Below, piece by piece: positions 55,874 to 64,000 of a stretch of DNA of 64,000 bases. The stretch covers positions 107,142-171,141 of the forward strand of contig CAWIIJ010000012.1 in the NCBI GenBank assembly GCA_963836145.1. Reading direction: 5' to 3'. Under the pieces are notes generated by a model. That model did not search any database, was not told where the DNA came from, and saw only the letters and a list, made by a program, of their open reading frames with translations. How positions within the stretch are numbered: the first letter of the stretch is position 1; each line of letters starts with the position of its first letter. The DNA is from an uncultured Acidobacteriota bacterium (GTDB lineage: Bacteria; Acidobacteriota; Terriglobia; Acidiferrales; UBA7541). The translations under genes were made by a program, and so were the position numbers.

Positions 55874-55900
55874 CGGAAAGCTTTTCCTTTCAGGGCTCCA

Positions 55901-55926
55901 GTAGCACGGGCTGAAGCCTGTGCTAC
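55901..55926. repeat. REP-like palindrome R1 (GTAGCACGGGCTGAAGCCTGTGCTAC)
   Basis: Near-perfect 26-bp palindrome. Confidence 0.85.
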
Positions 55927-55952
55927 TGGAGGCCGCGACTCCTCGGCCCAAA

Positions 55953-56531
55953 TCACGCCGCAGGCGCTTGTTGGATCAATTCGGCTTCGATCGTGATCTT
56001 CACTTCATCTCCCACAACCACTCCGCCCGTTTCAGTCAAGGCATTGAAGGCGACGCCGAAATCCTTGCGGTTGATTTTTGCCGTGGCCGTAATTCCTGCG
56101 CGGATATTTCCCCAGGGGTCCTTTACGGCGGGAGTCGGACCTTCCACGTCGAAGCTTACTTCCTTGGTGACGCCGCGAATGGTCAGGTCGCCTATCAACT
56201 TGATCTCGTCGGCGCCTTTGGCTTGGACGCGCTTGGAACGGAAAGTGAGAGTCGGATGATTTGCGACATCGAAGAAATCAGCGCTGCGAAGATGCTCGTC
56301 CCGTTGCGGCTCGCGCGTATTCACGGATGTCGCGTCAATGGTCACCTCAACGGATGAGGCTGCCGGATTGGTCGGGTCGATGACCGCGGTGCCGCTGAGC
56401 TTGGTGAATTCTCCGCGAACATTCGAGATCATCAAATGCCGGACGCTGAAGTGCGCGGCCGAATGCGCAGGATCGATCTGCCATTTGGTCGGATTCGTGA
56501 CTCGTGTTGCGGTGGTGACTGCGGTATTCAT
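55953..56531 (-). CDS. YceI family polyisoprenoid-binding protein
   Basis: WQIDPAHSAAHFSVRHLMISNVRGEF is a YceI N-terminal signature. Confidence 0.88.
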   Translation of the reverse strand: MNTAVTTATRVTNPTKWQIDPAHSAAHFSVRHLMISNVRGEFTKLSGTAVIDPTNPAASSVEVTIDATSVNTREPQRDEHLRSADFFDVANHPTLTFRSKRVQAKGADEIKLIGDLTIRGVTKEVSFDVEGPTPAVKDPWGNIRAGITATAKINRKDFGVAFNALTETGGVVVGDEVKITIEAELIQQAPAA

Positions 56532-56588
56532 TTTATTTCCTCCTTGAATCAGTGCATTTTTCGGGAATGAAAGGGATGGGCCTTGAAA

Positions 56589-57068
56589 TCATTCGGGTAT
56601 GTCCGCCTCCACGGCGCGCTCGCGGGCGCGCTCGAGCAGTTTTGAGAGCTGCCGGAGTTGCCTGACGGGAAGGTGGCGGAACTGCCGGCGATGCAACTGG
56701 TGCACGGGCTGGTCCAGCTCTTCCAGAAGCCGGAGACCTTCCTCGGTGATACGGGTCTTTACAACCCGGCGGTCTTGCGCTTCCCGCGCGCGGGCAATCA
56801 GCCCGCGCGACTCCATGCGGTCGAGCAGGCGAGTCATATCCGGATCGCGGGAGATGAGCCGGCCGCCGACCTCGCGGCAGGCCAGCCCCTCGTCGCCGGC
56901 GCCGCGCAGGATCCGCAAGACATTGTACTGCGTTCCGGAGAGGCTGTAGGGCTTCAGGAGGGCCTCGGCGCCGCGGGAAAGGGCGTCGGCGGTGCGCATG
57001 AGACTGACGAAGACCTGGGCTTCGAGAGCGACTTCTTTGGCGCGTCTGGTTTTGACCTTCCGTTGCAT
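56589..57068 (-). CDS. MarR family transcriptional regulator
   Basis: Winged-helix core LSGTQYNVLRIL...GRLISRDPDMTRLLDRMESRGLI. Confidence 0.88.
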   Translation of the reverse strand: MQRKVKTRRAKEVALEAQVFVSLMRTADALSRGAEALLKPYSLSGTQYNVLRILRGAGDEGLACREVGGRLISRDPDMTRLLDRMESRGLIARAREAQDRRVVKTRITEEGLRLLEELDQPVHQLHRRQFRHLPVRQLRQLSKLLERARERAVEADIPE

Positions 57069-57120
57069 GGCGAGACAATACTCGTTTAAACGACTATTGT
57101 CAAGAGGAATGAATAGGGCG

Positions 57121-57192
57121 GGCTGCAGCCTGTGGGTTTAGACGTTCGTCGAACAGGGACCAAAACCAGGCAGGCTGAAGAGCCTGTGTGGG
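57121..57192. repeat. R1-long element
   Basis: GCAGCCTGTGGGTTTAGAC...AAAACCAGGCAGGCTGAAGAGCCTGTGTGG. Confidence 0.8.
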
Positions 57193-57223
57193 ACCGTGCT
57201 TGCCGGGTGCCCCTCGCCGTTAT

Positions 57224-57344
57224 GTGATTTCGAGCGGAGCGAGGGAATCTCTCTTTCTTTTCTGAAATCTAATCCGCGGAGAGATTCCTCGCTCCGCTCG
57301 GAATGACAAAATAAATGACTTTTTCCGCGGCCTGTTCAGCCTAA
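57224..57344. repeat. R2 element plus adjoining R1 fragment (inverted copy of the 14393-14510 composite)
   Basis: GTGATTTCGAGCGGAGCGAGGGAAT...GATTCCTCGCTCCGCTCGGAATGAC. ACTTTTTCCGCGGCCTGTTCAGCCT at 57319-57343 is the exact reverse complement of 14393-14417. Confidence 0.85.
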
Positions 57345-57401
57345 GGGGGTTGATTGCGGCGCGGTGCGCGCTCGTATTAACCCACTCCACAAGCTAAAAG
57401 C

Positions 57402-57465
57402 ATGGCAGGTTTGAATTTTCGCCGAGGCCGAATCTAAAGCTGACAGGCTGAAAGCCGGTTCCTGC
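57402..57465. repeat. R1-long element (degenerate)
   Basis: CATGGCAGGTTTGAAT...CTAAAGCTGACAGGCTGAAAGCCGGTTCCTGC. Confidence 0.7.
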
Positions 57466-58185
57466 TTACGGCTTGCGCGTCGGACGGATGTGCACTTCGC
57501 TGATGAAGCTTCCCGCGGATTGCGTTTCCAGCGCTTCGACCGCGTGCGCGATGTCTTCGGGCTGAAGTTTTTTCGAGGAGTTTTTGCCGCCCTGGCCGGG
57601 AAATTCCGTGGCCACCGAGCCGGGGCAAACGGCGCTCACGCGGATGCCGTAGCCGCGCAAATCCTCCGCCATGCTGCCCGTCAACCCCATAAGCCCCCAT
57701 TTCGACGCGCAGTAAATCGCGCCATTGGCAAATGTATTTTTCCCCGCGAGCGAGCTGATGTTGATGATGTAGCCGGTCTGGCGGCGAATCATTTCCGGAG
57801 CCACCGCCCGGCATGCCAGGAATACCGACTTCAAATTTGTATCCAGCACGTTATCCCAATCGGCTTCCGCCAACTCATGGAACGGCCCAAACACCCCGGT
57901 GCCGGCTTTGTTTACAAGAATGTCGATCGGTCCCAATGTTTGCTGCGTGGCTTGAACCAGCGCGGAAATCTGATCCGCGCGCGAGACGTCCGCCGGAACT
58001 GCGAGCGTGTCGATTCCTTCGCCGCGCAACGTGGACGCGGCGTGCTCGAGCCTGGCCCTTTCCCGGCCGCAAATCGAAACGCGAGCGCCCAGTTGCCCCA
58101 GTCGGCGGGCGATGGCCAAGCCGATTCCGCGGCTCGATCCCGTGACCAGGGCGACCTTACCTGCAAGGACATCCGCCGGTGGCAT
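57466..58185 (-). CDS. SDR family oxidoreductase
   Basis: GKVALVTGSSRGIG cofactor motif and the YCASK catalytic motif. Confidence 0.9.
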   Translation of the reverse strand: MPPADVLAGKVALVTGSSRGIGLAIARRLGQLGARVSICGRERARLEHAASTLRGEGIDTLAVPADVSRADQISALVQATQQTLGPIDILVNKAGTGVFGPFHELAEADWDNVLDTNLKSVFLACRAVAPEMIRRQTGYIINISSLAGKNTFANGAIYCASKWGLMGLTGSMAEDLRGYGIRVSAVCPGSVATEFPGQGGKNSSKKLQPEDIAHAVEALETQSAGSFISEVHIRPTRKP

Positions 58186-58336
58186 TGTTTCTCCTTTAGA
58201 GTGGGGACTAGTGATATTCTCTCGACAGGCTTCCCTTTTCCGGAATTTGTCGTCATAACATTAGTAGACGCCGCGACGGATGCGGCGTCCGCGTGGCGAA
58301 TCACGACTCCGGTTGGGTGGCGAAAGGGAATGACGC

Positions 58337-58365
58337 TTGCACGGCAGAGTAGGATTCCCTATAAT
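58337..58365 (+). promoter_or_regulatory. sigma70-type promoter TTGCAC-N17-TATAAT
   Basis: -35 at 58337-58342 and a perfect -10 at 58360-58365, 84 nt upstream of ATG 58450. Confidence 0.6.
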
Positions 58366-58449
58366 CCGAGAGCTTTGAGTCCCTAGACACTCTTACCTAT
58401 TGTTTTTCATGTGGGATTTTGTGAAATTTGCTGAGGAGGCTGGAAGCCG

Positions 58450-59784
58450 ATGATACGAAAGTGGATTGTGACGGGCGCCGGTCTGTTGTGGATCGCGCTG
58501 GGAATGGGATCTGGCGCGGCCAAATTGTGGGCCGTCCCGCAGGCTGCGGAGCAGGCGAAGCCCGCTTATTCTCTGGCCGAGTATAACCAATACCAGGCGG
58601 CCGACAAAGAAACGAACCCTCAGCAAAAGATCAAACTTCTCGACGATTTTGTGAAGGCTTATCCGAACTCGACGTTGATGCCGTACATTTACCGCGATTA
58701 CTACACGACCTACATGGCGCTGAAGAACTACGCGCAGGTGATCGACTACGCCGACAAGATGATCGCGCTGGGCGACAAAATTGACGCCGCGGGAAAGCTC
58801 GAAGCGTATTACACCCGCGCCCAGGCGTTCTACCTGGGGATGGCTGACAAGGCGTTGCAAACTCCCGATGCGCTGACCAAGGCGCGCGACGCCGCCCTCG
58901 CCGGCCTGAAAGCCCTCGACGATTTGAAAAAGCCCGACAACGTTCCCGCCGAACAGTTCGATAAGCAGAAAAAAGGCGTGCAAGTTCTTTTCAACGCGGT
59001 TGCGGCCCTGGCCTCGACCAGCATGAAGGATTACACCGCGGCGGCGGGATACTACAAGACGCTGCTGTCCATCGAACCGAACGACGCGGTTTCACACTAC
59101 CGCCTCGGAATCGTCGATCTGCAGATGACTCCGCCCATGGCCACGGACGGCTTCTGGGAACTCGCGCGCGCGATCGATCTGAAGATTCCCAACGACGCGC
59201 AAGTGCGCGCGTACCTTAAGAACCAAATCATTCGTTACCAGCAGCCCGCCTGCGACAAACTGGTCGATGATCAGGTCAACGAACTGCTTATGCTGGCCTC
59301 CACTTCCCCGGATAAGCCCGCCACGCTGAATGTTCCGAGCGCGGCCGACTTGCAGAAAGCGCGCGACGATACGGCGAACTTCATTCCCGCGCTCATGGCC
59401 GGAGGTGACGCCGGCAAAGTGATGTGGCTCGCCAGCTGCGGCCTCGAATATCCGGACGTCGGCGTTCGCGTGATGGACGCGCCCATGGTGGACGGCGACA
59501 ACGTGACCCTGATGGTCTACCGCGGCCAGACACCTGAGGAAATCGAGGCGGCCACCATGCCCAACATGACCGTCAAGATCGAGGGCCAGCCGGAAGCCAA
59601 GCGTCTTGAAAAAGACGCCGTCGTGCGATTCACTGGCACCCTGGTCGGTTACACGCAAAGTCCCTTCATGCTGACCTGGGACAAAGCCAAGATCAATCCC
59701 GAAGACCTGCCGGAAGAGAAGGGCGGTGCCAAGAAAGGCCCAGCCAAGAAAGCTGGGGCCAAAAAGGCTCCCGCAGGCGAGTGA
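58450..59784 (+). CDS. secreted TPR-like hypothetical protein with Lys/Ala-rich tail
   Basis: Signal/anchor segment WIVTGAGLLWIALGMGSGAA, a helical-repeat character, and the C-terminal tail EEKGGAKKGPAKKAGAKKAPAGE. Confidence 0.7.
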   Translation: MIRKWIVTGAGLLWIALGMGSGAAKLWAVPQAAEQAKPAYSLAEYNQYQAADKETNPQQKIKLLDDFVKAYPNSTLMPYIYRDYYTTYMALKNYAQVIDYADKMIALGDKIDAAGKLEAYYTRAQAFYLGMADKALQTPDALTKARDAALAGLKALDDLKKPDNVPAEQFDKQKKGVQVLFNAVAALASTSMKDYTAAAGYYKTLLSIEPNDAVSHYRLGIVDLQMTPPMATDGFWELARAIDLKIPNDAQVRAYLKNQIIRYQQPACDKLVDDQVNELLMLASTSPDKPATLNVPSAADLQKARDDTANFIPALMAGGDAGKVMWLASCGLEYPDVGVRVMDAPMVDGDNVTLMVYRGQTPEEIEAATMPNMTVKIEGQPEAKRLEKDAVVRFTGTLVGYTQSPFMLTWDKAKINPEDLPEEKGGAKKGPAKKAGAKKAPAGE

Positions 59785-59808
59785 GATTCAACCAAACCAC
59801 AATAGAAA

Positions 59809-59842
59809 ATGGCCCCGGCAAGTTTCCGGGGCCATTTTTTTT
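59809..59842 (+). terminator. intrinsic terminator
   Basis: 10-bp stem ATGGCCCCGG / CCGGGGCCAT with a 7-nt loop, followed by T8. Lies 25 nt after the stop. Confidence 0.85.
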
Positions 59843-60051
59843 GCGCCGATTGTAGAGGCGCGGCCAATTGGATTTCAATCCGCTAGTCACGTTCGCGCGA
59901 ACAGATCCGTTGCGCAGTGCGAAGCTTTTTTGTGGCAGCGATCGGACCGTAAATTAGGATCGATGGGTATTCAGTGAGCAGCCTTGCGTCGCTGCGGCGG
60001 TTGCAGCGAAAGGATTCACCCGTCAGCAGTCGCCCTGGCCGCTCACTCCGG

Positions 60052-60273
60052 TCACCTGGTTCTGCGTTGCCGATGGTCCAGCTTGTACAGATCGATTTTG
60101 CGGCTCAGCGTATTGCGGTGAATCCCAAGCAGGCGCGCGGCGCGCGATTGATTGCCGTGAAACCGGTCCAGCACACGCTTGATAAATTTTTTTTCAAATT
60201 CATTGACCGCTTCATCGAAATGGATCCCGCGTTCCACCATCAAACTAACCAGCGACTCCAATTGCTCCTTCAC
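60052..60273 (-). CDS. Fis-family helix-turn-helix DNA-binding protein
   Basis: GNQSRAARLLGIHRNTLSRKI is the classic Fis/NtrC-type HTH. Confidence 0.85.
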   Translation of the reverse strand: MKEQLESLVSLMVERGIHFDEAVNEFEKKFIKRVLDRFHGNQSRAARLLGIHRNTLSRKIDLYKLDHRQRRTR

Positions 60274-60327
60274 CGTAGCACGCTCCGCACAAGAGTTCTT
60301 CGCCTGCCGGACGATCCGGCGGCGCGC

Positions 60328-61227
60328 CTAGCTGAGTTCTTGGCCCGTTAACTGCCGGAACGCTTCCCTGTATTTTTCGCGGGTCGCGGCAACGACATCG
60401 GACGGAAGTTCAGGGCCGGGGGGTTGTTTATTCCACCCGATCCGTTCGAGGTAGTCGCGCACGTATTGCTTGTCGTAGGAGGGCTGCGCGCGGCCGGGCT
60501 GGTAGCCGTCCGCGGGCCAGAAACGAGATGAGTCCGGGGTCAAAGCCTCGTCAATCCAGATCAGTTCCTGTCCCACGAGGCCAAATTCAAACTTTGTGTC
60601 CGCCAGGATGATTCCGCGGGGTTCCGCGTAGGCGGCGGCCCGGCGGTAAATATCCAGGCTGATGGCGCGAACTTTCTCGGCAAGCTCCGCGCCCACAAGC
60701 GAAACCGCTCCATCGAATGAGATGTTTTCATCGTGGCCCGCCGTGGCCTTGGTCGAAGGAGTGAAAATGGCTTCCGGCAGGCGTTCCGACTCGCGCAGCC
60801 CCGGCGGCAGGGCGATGCCGCAGATTTTTCCGGTGGCGCGATAATCCTTCCAACCGGAACCGGACAAGTATCCGCGCACCACACATTCGATTGGCAGCGG
60901 ATTGGTTCGCTTGCAAAGCATGGAGCGCCCCTCCAGTTGCGCGCGGTACGGCGCCAGCTGGGCCGGGAAGTCGGTTGCCGTGACGATGTGATTCGGGATG
61001 ACCTCGCGCAGCAGGTTGAACCAGAACAGCGACAGCTGCGTCAGCACCCGGCCCTTGTCCGGGATGGGCGTCGGCAAGACGACGTCAAAGGCGGAGAGGC
61101 GATCGGTGGCGATGAGCAGCAGTTGGCCGTCCACCTCGTATAGATCGCGCACTTTCCCGCGATTCAGAAAGTGAATTCCAGGTAGATTTGTTTCCCAAAC
61201 AACTGAATTCAATTTTGGAGATGGCAA
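60328..61227 (-). CDS. purC: phosphoribosylaminoimidazole-succinocarboxamide synthase
   Basis: Long-form PurC (299 aa): GKVRDLY, LLIATDRLSAFD, ILADTKFEFG. Confidence 0.92.
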   Translation of the reverse strand: MPSPKLNSVVWETNLPGIHFLNRGKVRDLYEVDGQLLLIATDRLSAFDVVLPTPIPDKGRVLTQLSLFWFNLLREVIPNHIVTATDFPAQLAPYRAQLEGRSMLCKRTNPLPIECVVRGYLSGSGWKDYRATGKICGIALPPGLRESERLPEAIFTPSTKATAGHDENISFDGAVSLVGAELAEKVRAISLDIYRRAAAYAEPRGIILADTKFEFGLVGQELIWIDEALTPDSSRFWPADGYQPGRAQPSYDKQYVRDYLERIGWNKQPPGPELPSDVVAATREKYREAFRQLTGQELS

Positions 61228-61369
61228 AGGCGACTCTATCCCTTCAGAGAGGCGGCCATTCTAGCGTACGCAGTGGCGATGTCAACGGAGAAGAAAAACG
61301 AAAAGTGGAAAACTGATTTTGCGGAGAAAAATGAAAGCGATATGCAAAAGTTTTCACTTCCAGTTTTTT

Positions 61370-61452
61370 AGTAGAACAGGCTTTCAGCCTGTCAGGTTTA
61401 GATCTGTGGCCGACAAAAAAATTTAAACCGGGCAAGCTGAAGCCTGCCCTAC
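61370..61452. repeat. R1-long element
   Basis: GTAGAACAGGCTTTCAGCCTGTCAGGTTTAGATC...TTTAAACCGGGCAAGCTGAAGCCTGCCCTAC. Confidence 0.8.
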
Positions 61453-61455
61453 TCC

Positions 61456-64000
61456 TTACGCGGCGTTCGTCGCGGCTTGCGCGGCGGCGGGTTCGTCCCA
61501 GCGGACGGAAACGAGTTTGGAGACGCCCGGCTCCTGCATGGTCACACCGTACAACACCGACGCCATCTCCATGGTCCGCCGGTTGTGCGTCACCACGATG
61601 AACTGCGTCCCCGCGCTCATCTCGGAAACGAGTTTGGTGAAGCGCCCCACGTTAGCTTCGTCAAGCGGCGCATCGACTTCGTCCAGGATGCAGAACGGGC
61701 TCGGCTGGTAGCGGAAGATCGCGATCAGCAGCGCCAGGGCCGTCATGGCTTTCTCGCCGCCAGAAAGCAGCAGCACGTTTTGCAGTCGTTTGCCCGGCGG
61801 CTGTGCGACCACGTCGATGCCCGGCTCGCCGGAGCTGTCCGGCTCGGACAGCCGCATCTCGCCGGTGCCGCCGCCGAAGAGCGTGTGGAAGGCCGTGGCA
61901 AAATTCGCGTTGATGACCGTGAAGGCTTCCTCGAATTTCTGTTTGCAGACTTCGTCCAGTTCCTTGATGGCCTGCTGCGTGTCGGTGATCGATTGCAAAA
62001 GGTCGGCGCGCTCGCGCCCCAGGAACTCGAAGCGCTGTTCGCAGTCATTGTACTCCTCGAGGGCCATCATATTGATCGGGCCCATCGATTCGATCCGCAT
62101 TTTCAGTTCGTGATACTGCGCGTCGGACGAGCGCAGTTCCTCGCCGGTCAGCAGGGCGGGGAATTCGGCGATCAAATCTTCCGGCTGCGCGTTCAGCTCC
62201 TCGATGCACGATTGCCGCAGGTGCTCGCGCTCGGATTCGTTCCGCGCGCGCTCGATTTCCAGCTTGCTGCGTTCTTCACGGAAATCGCCGAGCTTCTGCC
62301 GCGCCTGGCGGAGCCAGTCGTCGACTTGCGTGGAGCTGATGCGCGTGTCATTGAATTCCTTCTCCATCTCCGCGCCGCGCGCTTCGAGGCACAACTTCTC
62401 CCCGCGAAGCGATTCGACCTGCCGGTGATGCTCGGCGGTCTGCGCCGTCAACTGTTCCTGTTCCTGCGCCAGCGCATCGCGCTGATGCAGGAGCGCGGAA
62501 CGCCGCGCCATAATTTCCTGTAGCTCGTGAGCCATCCGCGCCGCGATCGATTCCGCGCTGGCCAGGCGTTCGGCGAGACCGGCCATTTCCGCGCGTCGCG
62601 ATGCCAGGTCTTCCTGCTTGGCCTGCGCCGATTGCCGCAGGACGATTTGCTGCTCGGTCGCCCGAAGGATTTCCTGCTCGGCGGTTTCGCGAGCGGCCGA
62701 GACTTCGCCGCGCCTTTGTTGGGCGGCCTCGGCGCGCCGCTGCGCCGCGGACGCTTCGTGGCGCAAACGAGCGAGCTCGTTCTGGCAATCGCTAAGATCG
62801 ATGCCCAGTCGCACCATGTCGCCGCGCGCCTGGTCGCGCTGCAAGGTTGCGGCCACTTCGAGCTTTTCCGATTCGACGTGCTGCGCGCTGGCCTGCTCCA
62901 GGCCGGACTCGCAGGCGCGAAACTCTTCCTCGATATGCAGGAGCGCCGCGTGCGCTTCTGAGGCCGCCCGTTCCAGTTGCACGACTTCGGCGTCCAGCGA
63001 GCGCAATTCGCGTTTCATGCCCAGGGGGCCTGCCGCCGATGGGCGGCCGCCACTGACCACGCGACCTTGGTAAGTCGTGCCATCCGGCGTCAGAAACGAA
63101 TATGCGGGATTCTCACGCGCCAGACGCTCGGCCACTTCGGATTGCTCCACGAGAAACGCCGATTGCAGGCGCGGCAGGAACTGTTTCGCGGCCGGGCCCA
63201 GCGGATCGCGGAATTCGACCAGGCGGTCGAGACGCGAAACGGTTTCGCGCTCAATCTCGAAAGGCACGATGGGTTCGTTCGGCTGCAGATTCAGCGTGCG
63301 CAGGGAATCGACGAAAAAGGTTGCGCGGCCGCCGACTTCGTCGCGCAGCATGGCAATGCCCGCGCGGGCCACGTCAAACGTTTCGACGACCACGTACTCG
63401 AGCTCATCGCGCAAAAATTGTTCGATGGCGTGTTCATATTCCTGCCCGACTTCCGCGTAATCGGCCAGCACGCCGACGGCGCGGAAGCCTGAGGTTCCGG
63501 CCGGCTCCCCGCCATTTTGGCTCGAAGCAAACAGTTTCTGGACAGCGTCGGCGGTGTAGGAGCGCTCATTCAAAATCTGCTCGACCGATGCGCGGCGTGC
63601 CCGTCCGCTGGCCAGCGCGTCGCGCGAAGCGGCGGCTTGCGACGTCGCTTCCTGCTGCTGGCGGCGAAGTTCCGTCATGCGCGCCTGCGCGTTTCGCACC
63701 ATTTCTTCCAGCCTGCGCGTGCGTTCCATCACGGATTGCCAGTGCAGATCGGCGGCCTGCGCGCGCTCGCGATGGTGCAGGGATTCCTCGAGCAATTGCT
63801 GTTCCCGCTGCTCGTCTCGCCGGACGCTTTCGATATGATGCGCGAGCGTTTGCTCGGCCTGAGCCTGATCGCCGTGCAGGCGCGTCAATTCTTCGCCCAG
63901 TTCGGCGGCTGAGCGGCGCAGCGAGGCGATGCGGTCCTCCACGGAATCGTGCTCGCCCGAGATTTCAGCGGTGGCCGCGGCCAGCGCCGCCAGCAGCGTT
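61456..64000 (-). CDS. smc: chromosome segregation protein SMC, C-terminal ~848 codons (5' end beyond the window)
   Basis: Signature LSGGEKAMTALALLIAIF and Walker B FCILDEVDAPLD at the C-terminus, with coiled-coil and hinge upstream. The frame stays open to position 64000. Confidence 0.92.
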   Translation of the reverse strand, partial: TLLAALAAATAEISGEHDSVEDRIASLRRSAAELGEELTRLHGDQAQAEQTLAHHIESVRRDEQREQQLLEESLHHRERAQAADLHWQSVMERTRRLEEMVRNAQARMTELRRQQQEATSQAAASRDALASGRARRASVEQILNERSYTADAVQKLFASSQNGGEPAGTSGFRAVGVLADYAEVGQEYEHAIEQFLRDELEYVVVETFDVARAGIAMLRDEVGGRATFFVDSLRTLNLQPNEPIVPFEIERETVSRLDRLVEFRDPLGPAAKQFLPRLQSAFLVEQSEVAERLARENPAYSFLTPDGTTYQGRVVSGGRPSAAGPLGMKRELRSLDAEVVQLERAASEAHAALLHIEEEFRACESGLEQASAQHVESEKLEVAATLQRDQARGDMVRLGIDLSDCQNELARLRHEASAAQRRAEAAQQRRGEVSAARETAEQEILRATEQQIVLRQSAQAKQEDLASRRAEMAGLAERLASAESIAARMAHELQEIMARRSALLHQRDALAQEQEQLTAQTAEHHRQVESLRGEKLCLEARGAEMEKEFNDTRISSTQVDDWLRQARQKLGDFREERSKLEIERARNESEREHLRQSCIEELNAQPEDLIAEFPALLTGEELRSSDAQYHELKMRIESMGPINMMALEEYNDCEQRFEFLGRERADLLQSITDTQQAIKELDEVCKQKFEEAFTVINANFATAFHTLFGGGTGEMRLSEPDSSGEPGIDVVAQPPGKRLQNVLLLSGGEKAMTALALLIAIFRYQPSPFCILDEVDAPLDEANVGRFTKLVSEMSAGTQFIVVTHNRRTMEMASVLYGVTMQEPGVSKLVSVRWDEPAAAQAATNAA

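Overview
High-GC (about 60% by eye) bacterial chromosomal segment. It is probably Acidobacteriota, inferred from a TIGR03436-like VWA protein, CarboxypepD_reg fusions and very abundant intergenic palindromes. I support about 55 protein genes.

Housekeeping blocks:
- MoaD-MoaE fusion.
- deoA-nupC-punA-cdd nucleoside salvage operon.
- rodZ.
- A giant LptC/LptA-like gene followed by lptB-rpoN-rapZ and an msbA-like gene.
- yicC-gmk-rpoZ-coaBC-udg-priA.
- dcd, purC and a partial smc.

Regions that stand out:
1. 18.8-26.7 kb: a ten-gene, same-strand array built from only two secreted protein families. There are 7 copies of an unassigned ~263-aa family and 3 copies of a small DUF6152-like family whose mature N-terminus would be His-His.
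2. 11.8-14.3 kb: a lone BMC-H shell gene followed by an acylating aldehyde dehydrogenase. The dehydrogenase carries a ~230-aa C-terminal extension containing amphipathic helices that resemble encapsulation peptides.
3. 30.6-37.8 kb: a lower-GC 7.2-kb insertion bounded by perfect 38-bp terminal inverted repeats and a 14-bp direct repeat. It carries an ORC/Cdc6-like AAA+ ATPase translationally coupled to a secreted TPR protein. It also carries a nested IS256 with an 8-bp target duplication that splits a gene. The insertion sits 56 bp upstream of the lptC/lptB/rpoN operon.

Other observations: a dienelactone hydrolase gene is broken by one in-frame TAA, and two dispersed repeat families fill many intergenic regions. 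I found no rRNA, tRNA or CRISPR. All family names are recalled from memory and no searches were run.
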